Notes under the pieces: generated by a model
Told to the model about the DNA's origin: nothing
Databases searched by the model: none
The model's input: only the letters and a program-made list of their open reading frames with translations
Part shown: positions 10,562 through 20,093 of the stretch, piece after piece
Layout: every line of letters begins with the position of its first letter
Position numbering within the stretch: position 1 is the stretch's first letter
Source of the DNA: Vulcanimicrobiota bacterium
GTDB lineage: Bacteria; Vulcanimicrobiota; Xenobia; Xenobiales; JADMJV01
Assembly: GCA_050250895.1 (NCBI GenBank)
Contig: JBFWNU010000013.1
Span: forward strand, 1 to 64,000
Length of the DNA: 64,000 nt
Reading direction: 5' to 3'
Program-made: the position numbers and the translations under genes

Positions 10562-12393
10562 CGTAGCGCCCAGTTGATCACCCCATACTCGGCCGTACTG
10601 TAGCCGGCGTTGCGGGCCAGTTCCTCCACGAATACGACGGTCGAAGACTTTTCTAGAATGATGTCGCCGGGCTGGGGATTGCTGGGGTTGGGATCTTGGG
10701 GCTGGCTGCCGTCATCGATGGCCATCAGCGCGCCCACGATGGTGACCTCGCCACTGGCCCGCACCGAACCGTTGGTATAGACCAACCCGCTGAAGTAAGC
10801 GGTGCCGGGATGGTCGAAATCAAGCCCGGCCAGCGTGGCCCGCAAGCCCTCGGCCACCTGGGCCTGCTGGCTGGGGGTAAGCAGGGGAAAGACATCGTTG
10901 CTGGCGTCGGTTATGCCTTCGAGAGCGCCGTGATCGAGAAAGGCCAGCACGTGACCGACGGCATCGCCGGTCAGCGTGTAGATGTCGCTGTGAATGGCGT
11001 AGAGGCCCTTGAACTTGTCGGCCGGGTCGCGCAGCAGGGTGAGTTTCTCGAGCAGGAAATCACGGGTGGGCCCAGGCGGGCCACCGTCGACCAACTCGCG
11101 CATGTGGCGGGTGGGATTGGAATAGTTGCCGGTCATCGTGGGCGGCATGCCCTTGTAGCCGTCACCGATGTCATGACCGAGGACATCGTTGGTATTGCTG
11201 AACATCGCGTCCTCGGTCCCAAAGTAGACGGGGTCGCCGAACTTGGCCGGGTCGTTGAGGATGTCGAGCTGGCTGGCGTTCCAGTTGCGGAAGTTGTCGA
11301 TGTGCTGGCTGTAGGGAACACCGTTTGGATCGTTGCCCACCAGGGCCGCCTGGTCACGGAGATACTTACTGCCGTCGAAACCGCTCAAGTCGACATCGCC
11401 GTGCGACAGCAAAGCCACGTGGTTGTCATCACCGGCGGTGACCTGGGTGCTGCCCTTGAGGTGGGTCTCGCCCTTGACATAGACCGACCCTTTGCCTTGA
11501 ACCGAGCCATTGAGCAAGACGTTGTTCTCGACGTAGAGGTTGGCCCCGTCGAGGATGATGTCGCCAGAATAGTCGAGGTCGCCCGAGACATAGTAGTCTC
11601 CGGGTCCGAGCACGGTCACCCCGGGAGTGAGCGTGGGCGCTGTAGCCCCCGCGTGGCGATCGACGGCGCCCACGATATCCGGATCGACCAGACCCGGCGC
11701 TGCCTGATTGATGAGGGTGCCATCGGTGGGCTGCCCGGGAGTGGGCGAGGTCAGCTGGATGGCGTTGGCGTTCGGGCTCGAACTCTTGATGGCCCCATCC
11801 ACGTATAACTCGCCGCCGAAAGTCGGGTCGGGTTGCCAGGTAACCAGGTTCGACTGGTCGCGACCATCGGCCGAGAACACGCTGGCGGGCACTTGAGTGG
11901 CGTCACCGAAGCTCTTGACTCCGCTCACTTTGAGATCGCCCTGCATCCGGATTCTGCCGCTGGAGTACATCGCCTGGTCCAGGGCCACCACCGGAGGACG
12001 GCTGATCCAGCCCTCGAGACGGCGATGCAGACCGAACACGTCCGAGTCGACGATGATGCGGGCTTTGCCCGGGGGGACGCCATCCACCGGAGTGCCGCCG
12101 CCCAGGTTGTTGATGGATTGCCCCGTGCCGAACCGCACGGTGTAGGTGCCCTGGCCGTTGAGCATGGGCCGGGCCACGATATCGGTGTTATAGCCCGGCG
12201 TGATCCGGATGTTGGCCAGCACGTCGGCCAGGCCGGCCTCGGCCACCAGGGTGGCACAAGCGGTCTTTTCGTTGTGGACCGCCAGCCACGCCCCCGCCCG
12301 ATTGCGGCCCAGCAAGGCCGTCACCATCATTACCAGCACGACCAGCATCAGCAGTAGGGAAACTAAAGCAAAGCCGCGTCTGTCCACCCACAT
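10558..12393 (-). CDS. PilX-like N-terminal domain protein with large C-terminal domain
   Basis: RRG|FALVSLLLML lacking E5, A-x-x-x-AEAGL PilX motif, beta-helix-like G-x-x-Y-V-x-G repeats. Confidence 0.8.
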   Translation of the reverse strand: MWVDRRGFALVSLLLMLVVLVMMVTALLGRNRAGAWLAVHNEKTACATLVAEAGLADVLANIRITPGYNTDIVARPMLNGQGTYTVRFGTGQSINNLGGGTPVDGVPPGKARIIVDSDVFGLHRRLEGWISRPPVVALDQAMYSSGRIRMQGDLKVSGVKSFGDATQVPASVFSADGRDQSNLVTWQPDPTFGGELYVDGAIKSSSPNANAIQLTSPTPGQPTDGTLINQAAPGLVDPDIVGAVDRHAGATAPTLTPGVTVLGPGDYYVSGDLDYSGDIILDGANLYVENNVLLNGSVQGKGSVYVKGETHLKGSTQVTAGDDNHVALLSHGDVDLSGFDGSKYLRDQAALVGNDPNGVPYSQHIDNFRNWNASQLDILNDPAKFGDPVYFGTEDAMFSNTNDVLGHDIGDGYKGMPPTMTGNYSNPTRHMRELVDGGPPGPTRDFLLEKLTLLRDPADKFKGLYAIHSDIYTLTGDAVGHVLAFLDHGALEGITDASNDVFPLLTPSQQAQVAEGLRATLAGLDFDHPGTAYFSGLVYTNGSVRASGEVTIVGALMAIDDGSQPQDPNPSNPQPGDIILEKSSTVVFVEELARNAGYSTAEYGVINWALR

Positions 12394-12408
12394 TCTCTGA
12401 TTATAACA
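12394..12408 (-). promoter_or_regulatory. Extended -10 promoter (TGT-TATAAT) 6 nt before ATG; leaderless transcript
   Basis: Minus strand reads TGTTATAATcagagaATG with no SD. Confidence 0.7.
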
Positions 12409-12519
12409 GTCACCCTCGGTGCCGCCAAGCCCGCCTTCTCACCCGGGATGAACGCGGCCGCGGTGAAAGCCGCGGCCGTTGGCCCGCGTGGCCGCACCGA
12501 GGTCAGGCACGACTGGGCC

Positions 12520-13135
12520 GGACTTCCGTGCGGAAGTGGAACCTCGCACGGAAGAGCAACCTCGCCCGAGTACGGCGCTACCACGTGCCGAATCCGGCAC
12601 CACCTGGCGCCGTACCGCCGCCGCCCAGCCTGGGTGGCTCGACCACGGTCGCAGCCAAGCCGACTTCCGCACGGAAGAGCAACCTCGGCCGAGTACGGCG
12701 CTACCACGTGCCGAATCCGGCACCACCTGGTGCCGTACCGCCGCCGCCCAGCCTGGGTGGCTCGGCCACGGTCGCGGGGCCGGCCGACTTCCGCACGGAA
12801 GAGCAACCTCGCCCGAGTACGGCGCTACCACGTGCCGAATCCGGCACCACCTGGTGCCGTACCGCCGCCGGCAGCCTGGGTGGCTCGACCACGGTCGCGG
12901 GGCAAGCCGACTTCCGTGCGGAAGTGCCCGCCGCGATTTCTCGGCGAGAACCGGCCACCCGCGGCCCGCCCAGGCCAGGCTTGGATCGGTGCGGCAGTGT
13001 GGTACGCCGAATCCGGCAGTGGACGCTGCCGAATCGCCGCCGAGGCCGCTCGGCCAGACTTCCGTGCGGAAGTGACCCCCGCCCCCGCCGCCAGGCCCGA
13101 ACCCCCGCGTACTTCCAGCTGGAAGACCGGCCACC
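12520..13135. repeat. Intergenic tandem array, 3 copies of a 123-124 bp palindrome-rich unit plus degenerate flanks
   Basis: GCACGGAAGAGC recurs at 12546, 12669, 12793; units contain CTTCCG-CA-CGGAAG and GTGCCG-AATC-CGGCAC hairpins; CTTCCAGCTGGAAG at 13112-13125. Confidence 0.9.
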
Positions 13136-13158
13136 CCCGGCCCGCCAGCCAAGTCTGA

Positions 13159-14472
13159 CTAGCGCGGCAAGCGGAGCAACACGGCGCTGGCGGAAGGTAG
13201 GGTGAGCACTTCCGAGACGGGCTCGTAGACAGGCTGCCAATGGCCGTCGACGACGGCCGCCCCGCCCAGGGTCACACCTTCGGTAGCGTGCAGGGAGGGG
13301 GCGGAAAGGCGCAGGGCTTGCCCAGAGGCAGGCAGGGCAATCGTCACCGTCTGGTCTTCGTGGCGATTGATCAGCACGAGTTGCAGGTCGCCACCAACGA
13401 TCGCGTAGCCGCTCACGTAGGGATCGGCGAGGGTGACCGGCGCGAAGCGGCCGGGCTTAAGCTGGGCCAGCAGGAGCATGCCGTAGTAGATAGGCCGGGC
13501 CGTTAGCCGGCCTTCTTGCTCGAGCATCGCAGTGTAAACGTCGTTAGCGTTGAGCAGGTCGGTCTGGATATTGATGCCGTCGGCGCCCAGTTCAAGCAGG
13601 CGCAGGGTCCAGTCGGTCACCCACAAAGCCGAGACAAAAGCGTCGCTGACCCCGGGTTGACCGCTGCGGGCGGTGGTGTTGGCCTCGGTCACGCGCATCG
13701 CCAGGCCATGCTGGCGCGCAGCCTCGAACTGCGGTCGGAAGAAGTGTTCGGCGATATAGTCGGTGATCTCGGGCGAGAGCAGGTTCTCGGCGCTGGGTAG
13801 CACAGGCGAGTCGGCGGGTAGCTCGGTCTTGGCTACGGTGGGATAGAAGTGCAGGCTGGCGAAGGTCAAACCGGCGGCTTCTTGCTCGAGAAAGGGCAGG
13901 GTCCAGGCCACGCTCTCGAAGATGACCCCGGCCCCGGGACCGCTCACCGGCAGACCCTCCAGGCCGGCGCGGTAGGTGCGGAACTGGTCCATGAAAGCCT
14001 CGACATCCCAGTTGAGCGGGCGCAGCTTGTGCACAGCGAACAGGTCGGGCTCGTTGCCGATCTCGAAGGCCAGGATGCGATCACTGCCGAGCCGCCAGGC
14101 CAGGCGGGCTTCCGTGGCAGCGGCCGGGGCGTCGTTGGCGCCCAGGTTGAGGCCGTAGATGACCTTCCAGTCGGCCGCTCGGGCCAGGGTGAAAAGGGCC
14201 TTGATGTCGCTCTCGCTATAGCCTGAACCGAGCTTGATCTGGTCGACCGCGTTGCCTCCCAGGCGCAGAGTGCCCGGACCCAGCAGTCGCAGCAACTTGA
14301 CCAGGGCCTGGTGGTCGCCGTCGAGCTTGCCCGAGGCCAGCGACTCTTTCTCGAGACTCAGGCCGAGAAAGGCTTCCGGCAGCTGCCGACCGGCCTCGGG
14401 ACTCACTTTCAGGGTGAGGGGTTCGGCCAATGCCAATCCAGACAACAACAGAGTCAGCAAGAGCAGGCGCAT
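13159..14472 (-). CDS. Glycoside hydrolase family 79 (beta-glucuronidase/heparanase-like), secreted
   Basis: Start reassigned to MRLLLLTLLL; LRLGGN, IYGLNL, EIGNEPD acid/base, TEAN nucleophile, GVSDAF..ALW. Confidence 0.85.
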   Translation of the reverse strand: MRLLLLTLLLSGLALAEPLTLKVSPEAGRQLPEAFLGLSLEKESLASGKLDGDHQALVKLLRLLGPGTLRLGGNAVDQIKLGSGYSESDIKALFTLARAADWKVIYGLNLGANDAPAAATEARLAWRLGSDRILAFEIGNEPDLFAVHKLRPLNWDVEAFMDQFRTYRAGLEGLPVSGPGAGVIFESVAWTLPFLEQEAAGLTFASLHFYPTVAKTELPADSPVLPSAENLLSPEITDYIAEHFFRPQFEAARQHGLAMRVTEANTTARSGQPGVSDAFVSALWVTDWTLRLLELGADGINIQTDLLNANDVYTAMLEQEGRLTARPIYYGMLLLAQLKPGRFAPVTLADPYVSGYAIVGGDLQLVLINRHEDQTVTIALPASGQALRLSAPSLHATEGVTLGGAAVVDGHWQPVYEPVSEVLTLPSASAVLLRLPR

Positions 14473-14543
14473 AGCCACGCTTTCGGGCGCAGCCTGGCAA
14501 ACCCTGGCCAGGGAGCGCGGTCCCCATCGAGGAATAGGAACCG

Positions 14544-15119
14544 ATGCGCTGGTTACTCTGCTTGTTTTTATTGACCCTGCCGGCCTGGGCCGAGCGAACG
14601 CTCGAGGCCGACCTCGATGGCGACGGAACCGCCGAGGTGGTCCGTCTGGTCGAGTACGAGGTCGAGGGGGTGACCCTGGGGCAACTGGTGGTCGAGCACC
14701 AGGGCAAGGTGCTCTGGCGCGGGCCGCGTTCCAAGCAGGCCTACAACGAAGACCCGTTCCGCTTTCTGGGCGAGTTTGACGGCGGCGACCTGATCTTTCT
14801 GGCCGACTACAACGGCGACGGCAAGACCGACCTGGTGGCCAGCGACCAGAAATCGGACGTGCGCCCAACGGTGTATCGGCTCTTTCACTGGAACGGGCAA
14901 AAATTCGTCTTCGAGCGGCGGGCCATGCTGGTGCCCCAGCCGCAAAAGCCGGCCACCTACAACTGGGAAAAACCCGACCCGGGACGCTCGGTCTGGGTCG
15001 AGACCATCCGCGCTCAAAAGGGCGGAGCCTTCGAGCTGCGGGTGACCAATCTCGGTCACAATCCCTACGCTCTCAAGACCCACTGGCTCGCTGGCGAAGG
15101 GTTCGTGCTCAGCGAGTGA
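14544..15119 (+). CDS. Secreted protein with FG-GAP/VCBS-like Ca-binding loops
   Basis: Signal peptide; ADLDGDG and ADYNGDGKTDL. Confidence 0.7.
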   Translation: MRWLLCLFLLTLPAWAERTLEADLDGDGTAEVVRLVEYEVEGVTLGQLVVEHQGKVLWRGPRSKQAYNEDPFRFLGEFDGGDLIFLADYNGDGKTDLVASDQKSDVRPTVYRLFHWNGQKFVFERRAMLVPQPQKPATYNWEKPDPGRSVWVETIRAQKGGAFELRVTNLGHNPYALKTHWLAGEGFVLSE

Positions 15120-15412
15120 AACGCAGGACCTTTCTAGGGCTGATGCTGATGGCTTCGGCCCTGCCCGTCCGGGCCGAGGCCGGCTTCCTGGAGCGCAGCC
15201 GCCAGCTGACCGGGTTTGACGACCTGGATGAAGACCGGGCCCGGCGCATCGAAGAGCAACTTTGGAACGAGGGCTTCGCGGTCGATGCCTGGCTTGCCAC
15301 CGGCGACCGAGCCACGGAAGAGGCCGCCCTCAATCTCTGGTACCAAGACCTTTCCTGGCGCTGTTTGGACAGGCCTCGCCCGGGACGGTGTGAGCCGGCG
15401 TGGATGTCCTAG
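15116..15412 (+). CDS. Tat-exported small subunit of sugar dehydrogenase complex
   Basis: KRRTFL twin-arginine signal, SR-x-LTG, LWY, C-terminal P-x-x-C-x-x-x-W; overlaps GMC gene. Confidence 0.7.
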   Translation: MKRRTFLGLMLMASALPVRAEAGFLERSRQLTGFDDLDEDRARRIEEQLWNEGFAVDAWLATGDRATEEAALNLWYQDLSWRCLDRPRPGRCEPAWMS

Positions 15413-16875
15413 TGGTCGGGGCCGGCGTGGCCGGGTCGATGGTGGCCTGGAAGCTGGCCGAAGCGGGGCTGGGAGTGTGTTTGGTCGAGTCGGGTCCGCG
15501 GGTCCACCGGGCCGAAGCTGTCGAGCGCTTCTTGCAGGGGGGCGAGCCTTATCCCGACCTGAGAGAGGCTCCCCGGCCGCGCAGTGACGACCTGAATCAC
15601 CACTTGCACCAGGCCGGGCCCGAGCTGTTCTATGGCACCTACGAACGACGGGTAGGGGGCAGCACCTGGCACTGGCTGGGCACTACGCTTCGCATGCTCG
15701 AGGGCGACCTCAGACTGCAGAGCCGCTATGGCGTGGGGGTCGATTGGCCGATCGCCCTGGCCGACGTCGAGCCCTTTTATGAGCAGGCCGAAGAGCAGCT
15801 CGGCGTGGCGGGCCCGGCCGGTCCCCTGCCGCCACACCGCTTGACCCGGGTGGATCGGGCCGTAGAGGCGGCCGCCGGGCGGCCGATTCAGGCCTTGCCT
15901 CAGGCTCGCAACTCGGTGAACTATGACGGCCGGCCGGCCTGCTGCGGCAGCGCCAGCTGCATTCCCATCTGTCCGATCGGGGCCAAATATGACGCCAGTG
16001 TGCACGCCACCAAAGCCCTGGCCGCCGGGGCCCGGCTGGTCACTGGCACGGTCTGCCGATTGCAGGCTCGGGGCTCTCGAGTGGTGGCGGCCGAACTGGT
16101 CGGGGGCGAACGCCTCTCGGCCGACTTCTTCGTGGTGGCCGCCAATGGCATCGAGTCGCCCAGACTGCTGCTGATGTCGGGGCTGGGCGGCCCGCAGGTG
16201 GGACGCCATCTGATGGGAGCTACCGCCCAGTTGAGCTGGGCCCTGGCCAACCAGCCGGTGGACGCCTATCGGGGCCCCCAGGCCACGGCCGGCTTCTTGG
16301 ACTGGCGCGACGGGCCGCATCGCAGCCGCCACGCCGGCTATGTGGTCAGCGTGGCCAACGATGGCTGGCCCCATCAGACTCCCCCCAGGCTGGCCGAACG
16401 GCTGATCGCCGAGGGTCTGCGCGGGCGGGCTCTGCGGGCTGCCGTGAGCGACCATCTGAGTCGCCAGGTGGCTCTGGTCAGCACCTGCGAAGAGCTACCG
16501 CTGGCCGAGAATCGGGTGACCCTGGCTCGCTTTCGCGATGGGCTGGGCTTGCCGCGCCCGGCTGTTCATTATCGGGTGGGAGAGTACACCCAACGAGGTC
16601 TCGCGCCAGCCCGCGCCTTTCACGACGAGATATTGACCAGGCTGGGCACCCAGGTGGGGCACTCGGTAGGGGCCGATTCAGCCTATCTGGTGGGGGCCTG
16701 CCGCATGGGTAACGAGCCCGGCCAGGCGGTGGTCGACCGCAACTTGTGCTGCTTTGACCACCCCAACTTGATGGTGGTGGGGCAGGCCGTCTTTCCCACC
16801 ACGGGCACGGCCACTCCGACCTTGACCGTGGCTGCGCTGGCCCTGCGCCTGGCCGAGTATGTGAAGAGCCTATAG
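15400..16875 (+). CDS. GMC oxidoreductase, FAD/Fe-S large subunit (glucose/sorbitol dehydrogenase-like)
   Basis: VVGAGVAG Rossmann, VGGSTWHW, CCGSASCIPICPIGAKY Fe-S motif, AANGIESPRLLL. Confidence 0.88.
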   Translation: MDVLVVGAGVAGSMVAWKLAEAGLGVCLVESGPRVHRAEAVERFLQGGEPYPDLREAPRPRSDDLNHHLHQAGPELFYGTYERRVGGSTWHWLGTTLRMLEGDLRLQSRYGVGVDWPIALADVEPFYEQAEEQLGVAGPAGPLPPHRLTRVDRAVEAAAGRPIQALPQARNSVNYDGRPACCGSASCIPICPIGAKYDASVHATKALAAGARLVTGTVCRLQARGSRVVAAELVGGERLSADFFVVAANGIESPRLLLMSGLGGPQVGRHLMGATAQLSWALANQPVDAYRGPQATAGFLDWRDGPHRSRHAGYVVSVANDGWPHQTPPRLAERLIAEGLRGRALRAAVSDHLSRQVALVSTCEELPLAENRVTLARFRDGLGLPRPAVHYRVGEYTQRGLAPARAFHDEILTRLGTQVGHSVGADSAYLVGACRMGNEPGQAVVDRNLCCFDHPNLMVVGQAVFPTTGTATPTLTVAALALRLAEYVKSL

Positions 16876-17775
16876 GCTGGCGAAGCTGAGGTCGCGGCTG
16901 CGCTGGGCCGCCGAGAGGGTGGCCGAATACTTCGAAAGCTTGCCGCCCTTGGGCAAGAGCTTGCGCAGGGTGGGATAGTCACCGCTGTTGTCGGCCCCTT
17001 CGCCCAGCACCTTGAAGCCCGTCTTGCCACGGGGAGTCATCGTGAACGAGGTGCGGCGGAAGCTGGCGTGATCCACCGGGTCGTCGGTGACCACGAACAG
17101 CTCCATCTCGGAGGTGCCGGGGTTGCCCGAGGTCACCCGCAGCGGATAGGTCAGTTCGCTGGCCTTATAGCTGATGTGCAAAGGGGCGATGGTGCCGTTC
17201 TGCAGCGACGCTCCGGCCTGCTGTTGTTTGGCCGGGCGGATGCGGGCGGCCACGAAATACCAGTCTTTTTTGACGTAGCTGTCGAGGGCCTCGCGCACGC
17301 TGGGCTGGGTAGAGAAGCCGTTCTTCTGCAGCCAGCGATAGAGACCGCCGCCGCTCGAAGCCTGGAGAATCGCGATGTCGTAGGGGCCTGCTTCTTTGCG
17401 CTCGAGCACGACGACACCCTCGGGAGCGGCCGCGCCCGGAGCGGCGGTGGTGGCCATCCTGGGCGCGCGCACGGGCACCCGCGTGGCGTTCCACAGTTCG
17501 TGGAAAGGGGCGCCGGCCTGAACGTCGACTTTGGCCTGGGTCTCGGTGGGGATGACCCAGGCAAACTCGCTGGGCGCGCCGTTATATTGGACCGACAAGA
17601 TCATGTGCTCGACGTTGTCGCGAGCGTAGAGAAAAGCCCGCTGCTCCGGCATGCTGATGTCGGGAGCCTGCGGGTTCTGGGGGTTGTCACGGGGGATGCA
17701 GATGCAACCCAGCGAGGGACGAACGGCCACCAGGACCACGGCGAATAGAGGCAAGAGCCAGAACCACTTCTTCAT
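16870..17775 (-). CDS. DUF2330 domain protein
   Basis: Start MKKWFW; signal peptide then C-x-C, EFAWVIP, L-x-x-WL-x-x-NG, PLHISY..YPLR. Confidence 0.8.
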   Translation of the reverse strand: MKKWFWLLPLFAVVLVAVRPSLGCICIPRDNPQNPQAPDISMPEQRAFLYARDNVEHMILSVQYNGAPSEFAWVIPTETQAKVDVQAGAPFHELWNATRVPVRAPRMATTAAPGAAAPEGVVVLERKEAGPYDIAILQASSGGGLYRWLQKNGFSTQPSVREALDSYVKKDWYFVAARIRPAKQQQAGASLQNGTIAPLHISYKASELTYPLRVTSGNPGTSEMELFVVTDDPVDHASFRRTSFTMTPRGKTGFKVLGEGADNSGDYPTLRKLLPKGGKLSKYSATLSAAQRSRDLSFASL

Positions 17776-17848
17776 GGGGCCATGTTGGCGGCCCGGGTCG
17801 GCAGGTCCTTTCAGTCTTTTTTGGGGCTGTTGGCCTAATCTTCTGGTA

Positions 17849-18913
17849 ATGTCCGTACCCGTATCGTCATCTACCCCCGCGAGCCCGCGGTTGCACAAAC
17901 CTGGCCCGATTCAGAAGGGCCTCGAGGTGGTGGGCGGTGTGCTCAGCGCCGCCACCAAGGTCCCCGGAGCGGCTCTGCCCTGTCTGGTGGCTGGAGCCAT
18001 GCGCGGTGTGGGCGGCGATTCGGTCGAGATCTCTCGCATGGGTAACGCCATGGACATCACCAACGGCTGCCAGTCCGCGGTCGCCTTGACCTTTGCCCTG
18101 GGCGGCGGGGCCAGTGCCGGCCAGTTCGTCTCGACGCTTTTGACCAAAGGCATTGCCGGCGGAGCGACGGTGGCAATGGTCAGCAAGGGGGGCTCGTCGC
18201 TCGAGCTAGCCCGCCAGATTTCAGAAGGTATCGCGGCCAAGGAGAAGCCCGACACGCCGGTGGCCAACCGAGCCGTGCGAGGGCTCTGGGTGGGCGCCCG
18301 AACGGCGGTGGTGGGCGGCGCCAAAGTGGGCTACTCGGAAGGGGTCGGCCTGACCGCCGGCTTGTGCGAAGGGGTGCAGCAGACTCCCGCGGTGCTGCGC
18401 GGAGCCTTCGATCCCTATCCGCGCAACTACGGTTTTCGGGACGCCAACCCGGCGGTGCGCTGGGGCAAGACCGCGATGGGCTTTACGGCCGGAGTGGTGG
18501 GCTCGGCCCTGTATGCTCCGGTGGGGCTGGTGCAGGGCATGGGCGAGGCGATGTTTCCCGGCTTGCTCAACCCCACCCGGCTAAAAGCGGTGATGGCCGC
18601 CGAAGGCGCCGTCTTCGGGGCCGTGGCCGCCAGTGTCACCGGTAGCGAGCTGGTGGGCACTCTGGTCGGAGCCGGGGTGGGAGCGGGTCTTTGCTTTGCC
18701 CTGTCTCACCTGGGTCGCGAGGGTCATCAAGAGCGCACTTTGGGCCGCCTGCGAGCGGCCACCGGTGGGGTCCACGATTTGCGCACCCAGCTCGGCGATC
18801 CCATCGCCACCAACAATCGCGACTACGTCTCGAGCGGGGTGGTGGGAATGCTGGCCGGCGTGCAATCAGGCTTCAACGAGGGCTACCGCCTGGTCAGCGG
18901 AGAGAGCAGCTAG
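17849..18913 (+). CDS. Hypothetical Gly/Ala-rich membrane-associated protein
   Basis: Start reassigned to ATG 17849 behind TAATCT; several Gly-zipper-like hydrophobic helices. Confidence 0.65.
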   Translation: MSVPVSSSTPASPRLHKPGPIQKGLEVVGGVLSAATKVPGAALPCLVAGAMRGVGGDSVEISRMGNAMDITNGCQSAVALTFALGGGASAGQFVSTLLTKGIAGGATVAMVSKGGSSLELARQISEGIAAKEKPDTPVANRAVRGLWVGARTAVVGGAKVGYSEGVGLTAGLCEGVQQTPAVLRGAFDPYPRNYGFRDANPAVRWGKTAMGFTAGVVGSALYAPVGLVQGMGEAMFPGLLNPTRLKAVMAAEGAVFGAVAASVTGSELVGTLVGAGVGAGLCFALSHLGREGHQERTLGRLRAATGGVHDLRTQLGDPIATNNRDYVSSGVVGMLAGVQSGFNEGYRLVSGESS

Positions 18914-20041
18914 AGCCCGAGGAGCGTTGACCAGCCCCGACCCCTGGTCGTGGCGGTCGCCTAAACGGGGCAACTGTTCGGCGCTGCCGGTCACGGCTTG
19001 CTTGACCTGAGCCGGAGTGGCCTCGTGATGCTGGGTTAGCAACAAGGCCACCAGACCGCTGACCATCGGGGCCGCCATCGAAGTGCCCGTTTTGGTCACG
19101 TAGCCGTTGTGGGTGGATAGCGCCCGAATATTGACTCCCGGAGCGACCACGTCGGGCTTGTCGAGACCGTCGACCGGTGTCGGCCCCCGCGAAGAACCGC
19201 GATACATCCGATCGTCCTCGGTGTCGGTGCTACCCCGGTCGTCGAGCCCGCCCACGCTGATCGCTTTAGGCGCATGGGCCGGAGAGCCGATGGTTTGGGC
19301 CGCCGGGCCATCGTTGCCGGCCGCCACCACGGGCACGATGCCCCGGTCCCAGGCGGCCGCCACGGCCCGGGCCATGGGGTCGTGTTGATAAGAATACTTG
19401 GCGATCGAGCGAGCCGACAGGTTGATGACTTCGATGCCGAGGCGTTGCTTGTTGGCCACCGCCCACTGAATCGCCTCGACCACGTCCGAGCCTTTGCCTT
19501 TGCCTTCCGAGTCGAAGGCTTTGATGCCCACCAGCGAGGCCCGGGGGGCGATGCCGAGGTGGCGGTGATTCGAGCGGCTGCCGTCGCCCCCCACGATGCC
19601 GGCCACATGGGTGCCGTGGCCGTGGTCGTCATAAGGTTTGTCGCGATGGTTGACCAGGTCCTCGAAGGCAATCAAGCGGCTGCCCAGATCATCGTGGGGA
19701 GCGATGCCTGTGTCGATGACGGCCACCGTCACCCCTTGACCGGCGATGCCAGCCCGCCAGAGCTGGTCGGCGCCCACGACACGGGCAGCCACATCCAGTT
19801 GGGGCACGACCTCGCCCTCTTCGGGGCGGGGGATCTCCACCTCGGGATCTTCATAGATGCGAAAGCCGGCCTGCGCCAGGCGCGCGACACACTCGGGCGT
19901 AGCCTCGAGGGCGGTTGCCCCGATCAGGGACAGGTCGTGCGTGACCTGGCTGTCTTCGTCGAGGGCGCTGGCAAAGGCCTCGGCTCGTCCGGCCGTGTCC
20001 ACGATAATCGGAAGGCGTGGTCCCCTGTTCGATACCTGCAT
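18866..20041 (-). CDS. Subtilisin-family (S8) serine peptidase, AprX-like
   Basis: VIDTG, HGHGTHVAG, AAGN and GTSMAAP triad motifs; no Sec signal. Confidence 0.92.
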   Translation of the reverse strand: MQVSNRGPRLPIIVDTAGRAEAFASALDEDSQVTHDLSLIGATALEATPECVARLAQAGFRIYEDPEVEIPRPEEGEVVPQLDVAARVVGADQLWRAGIAGQGVTVAVIDTGIAPHDDLGSRLIAFEDLVNHRDKPYDDHGHGTHVAGIVGGDGSRSNHRHLGIAPRASLVGIKAFDSEGKGKGSDVVEAIQWAVANKQRLGIEVINLSARSIAKYSYQHDPMARAVAAAWDRGIVPVVAAGNDGPAAQTIGSPAHAPKAISVGGLDDRGSTDTEDDRMYRGSSRGPTPVDGLDKPDVVAPGVNIRALSTHNGYVTKTGTSMAAPMVSGLVALLLTQHHEATPAQVKQAVTGSAEQLPRLGDRHDQGSGLVNAPRALAALSADQAVALVEA

Positions 20042-20093
20042 GGCCCGAGCTTAGCTCGGGCAGCCGTCAGGTTTGTGAACAGGCTGTTGCGAT

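Noticed and set aside
12363-13240. Overlapping ORFs across the 123-bp array
   Set aside because: The 123/124-bp period breaks frame and the same peptides appear in different frames; non-coding repeat
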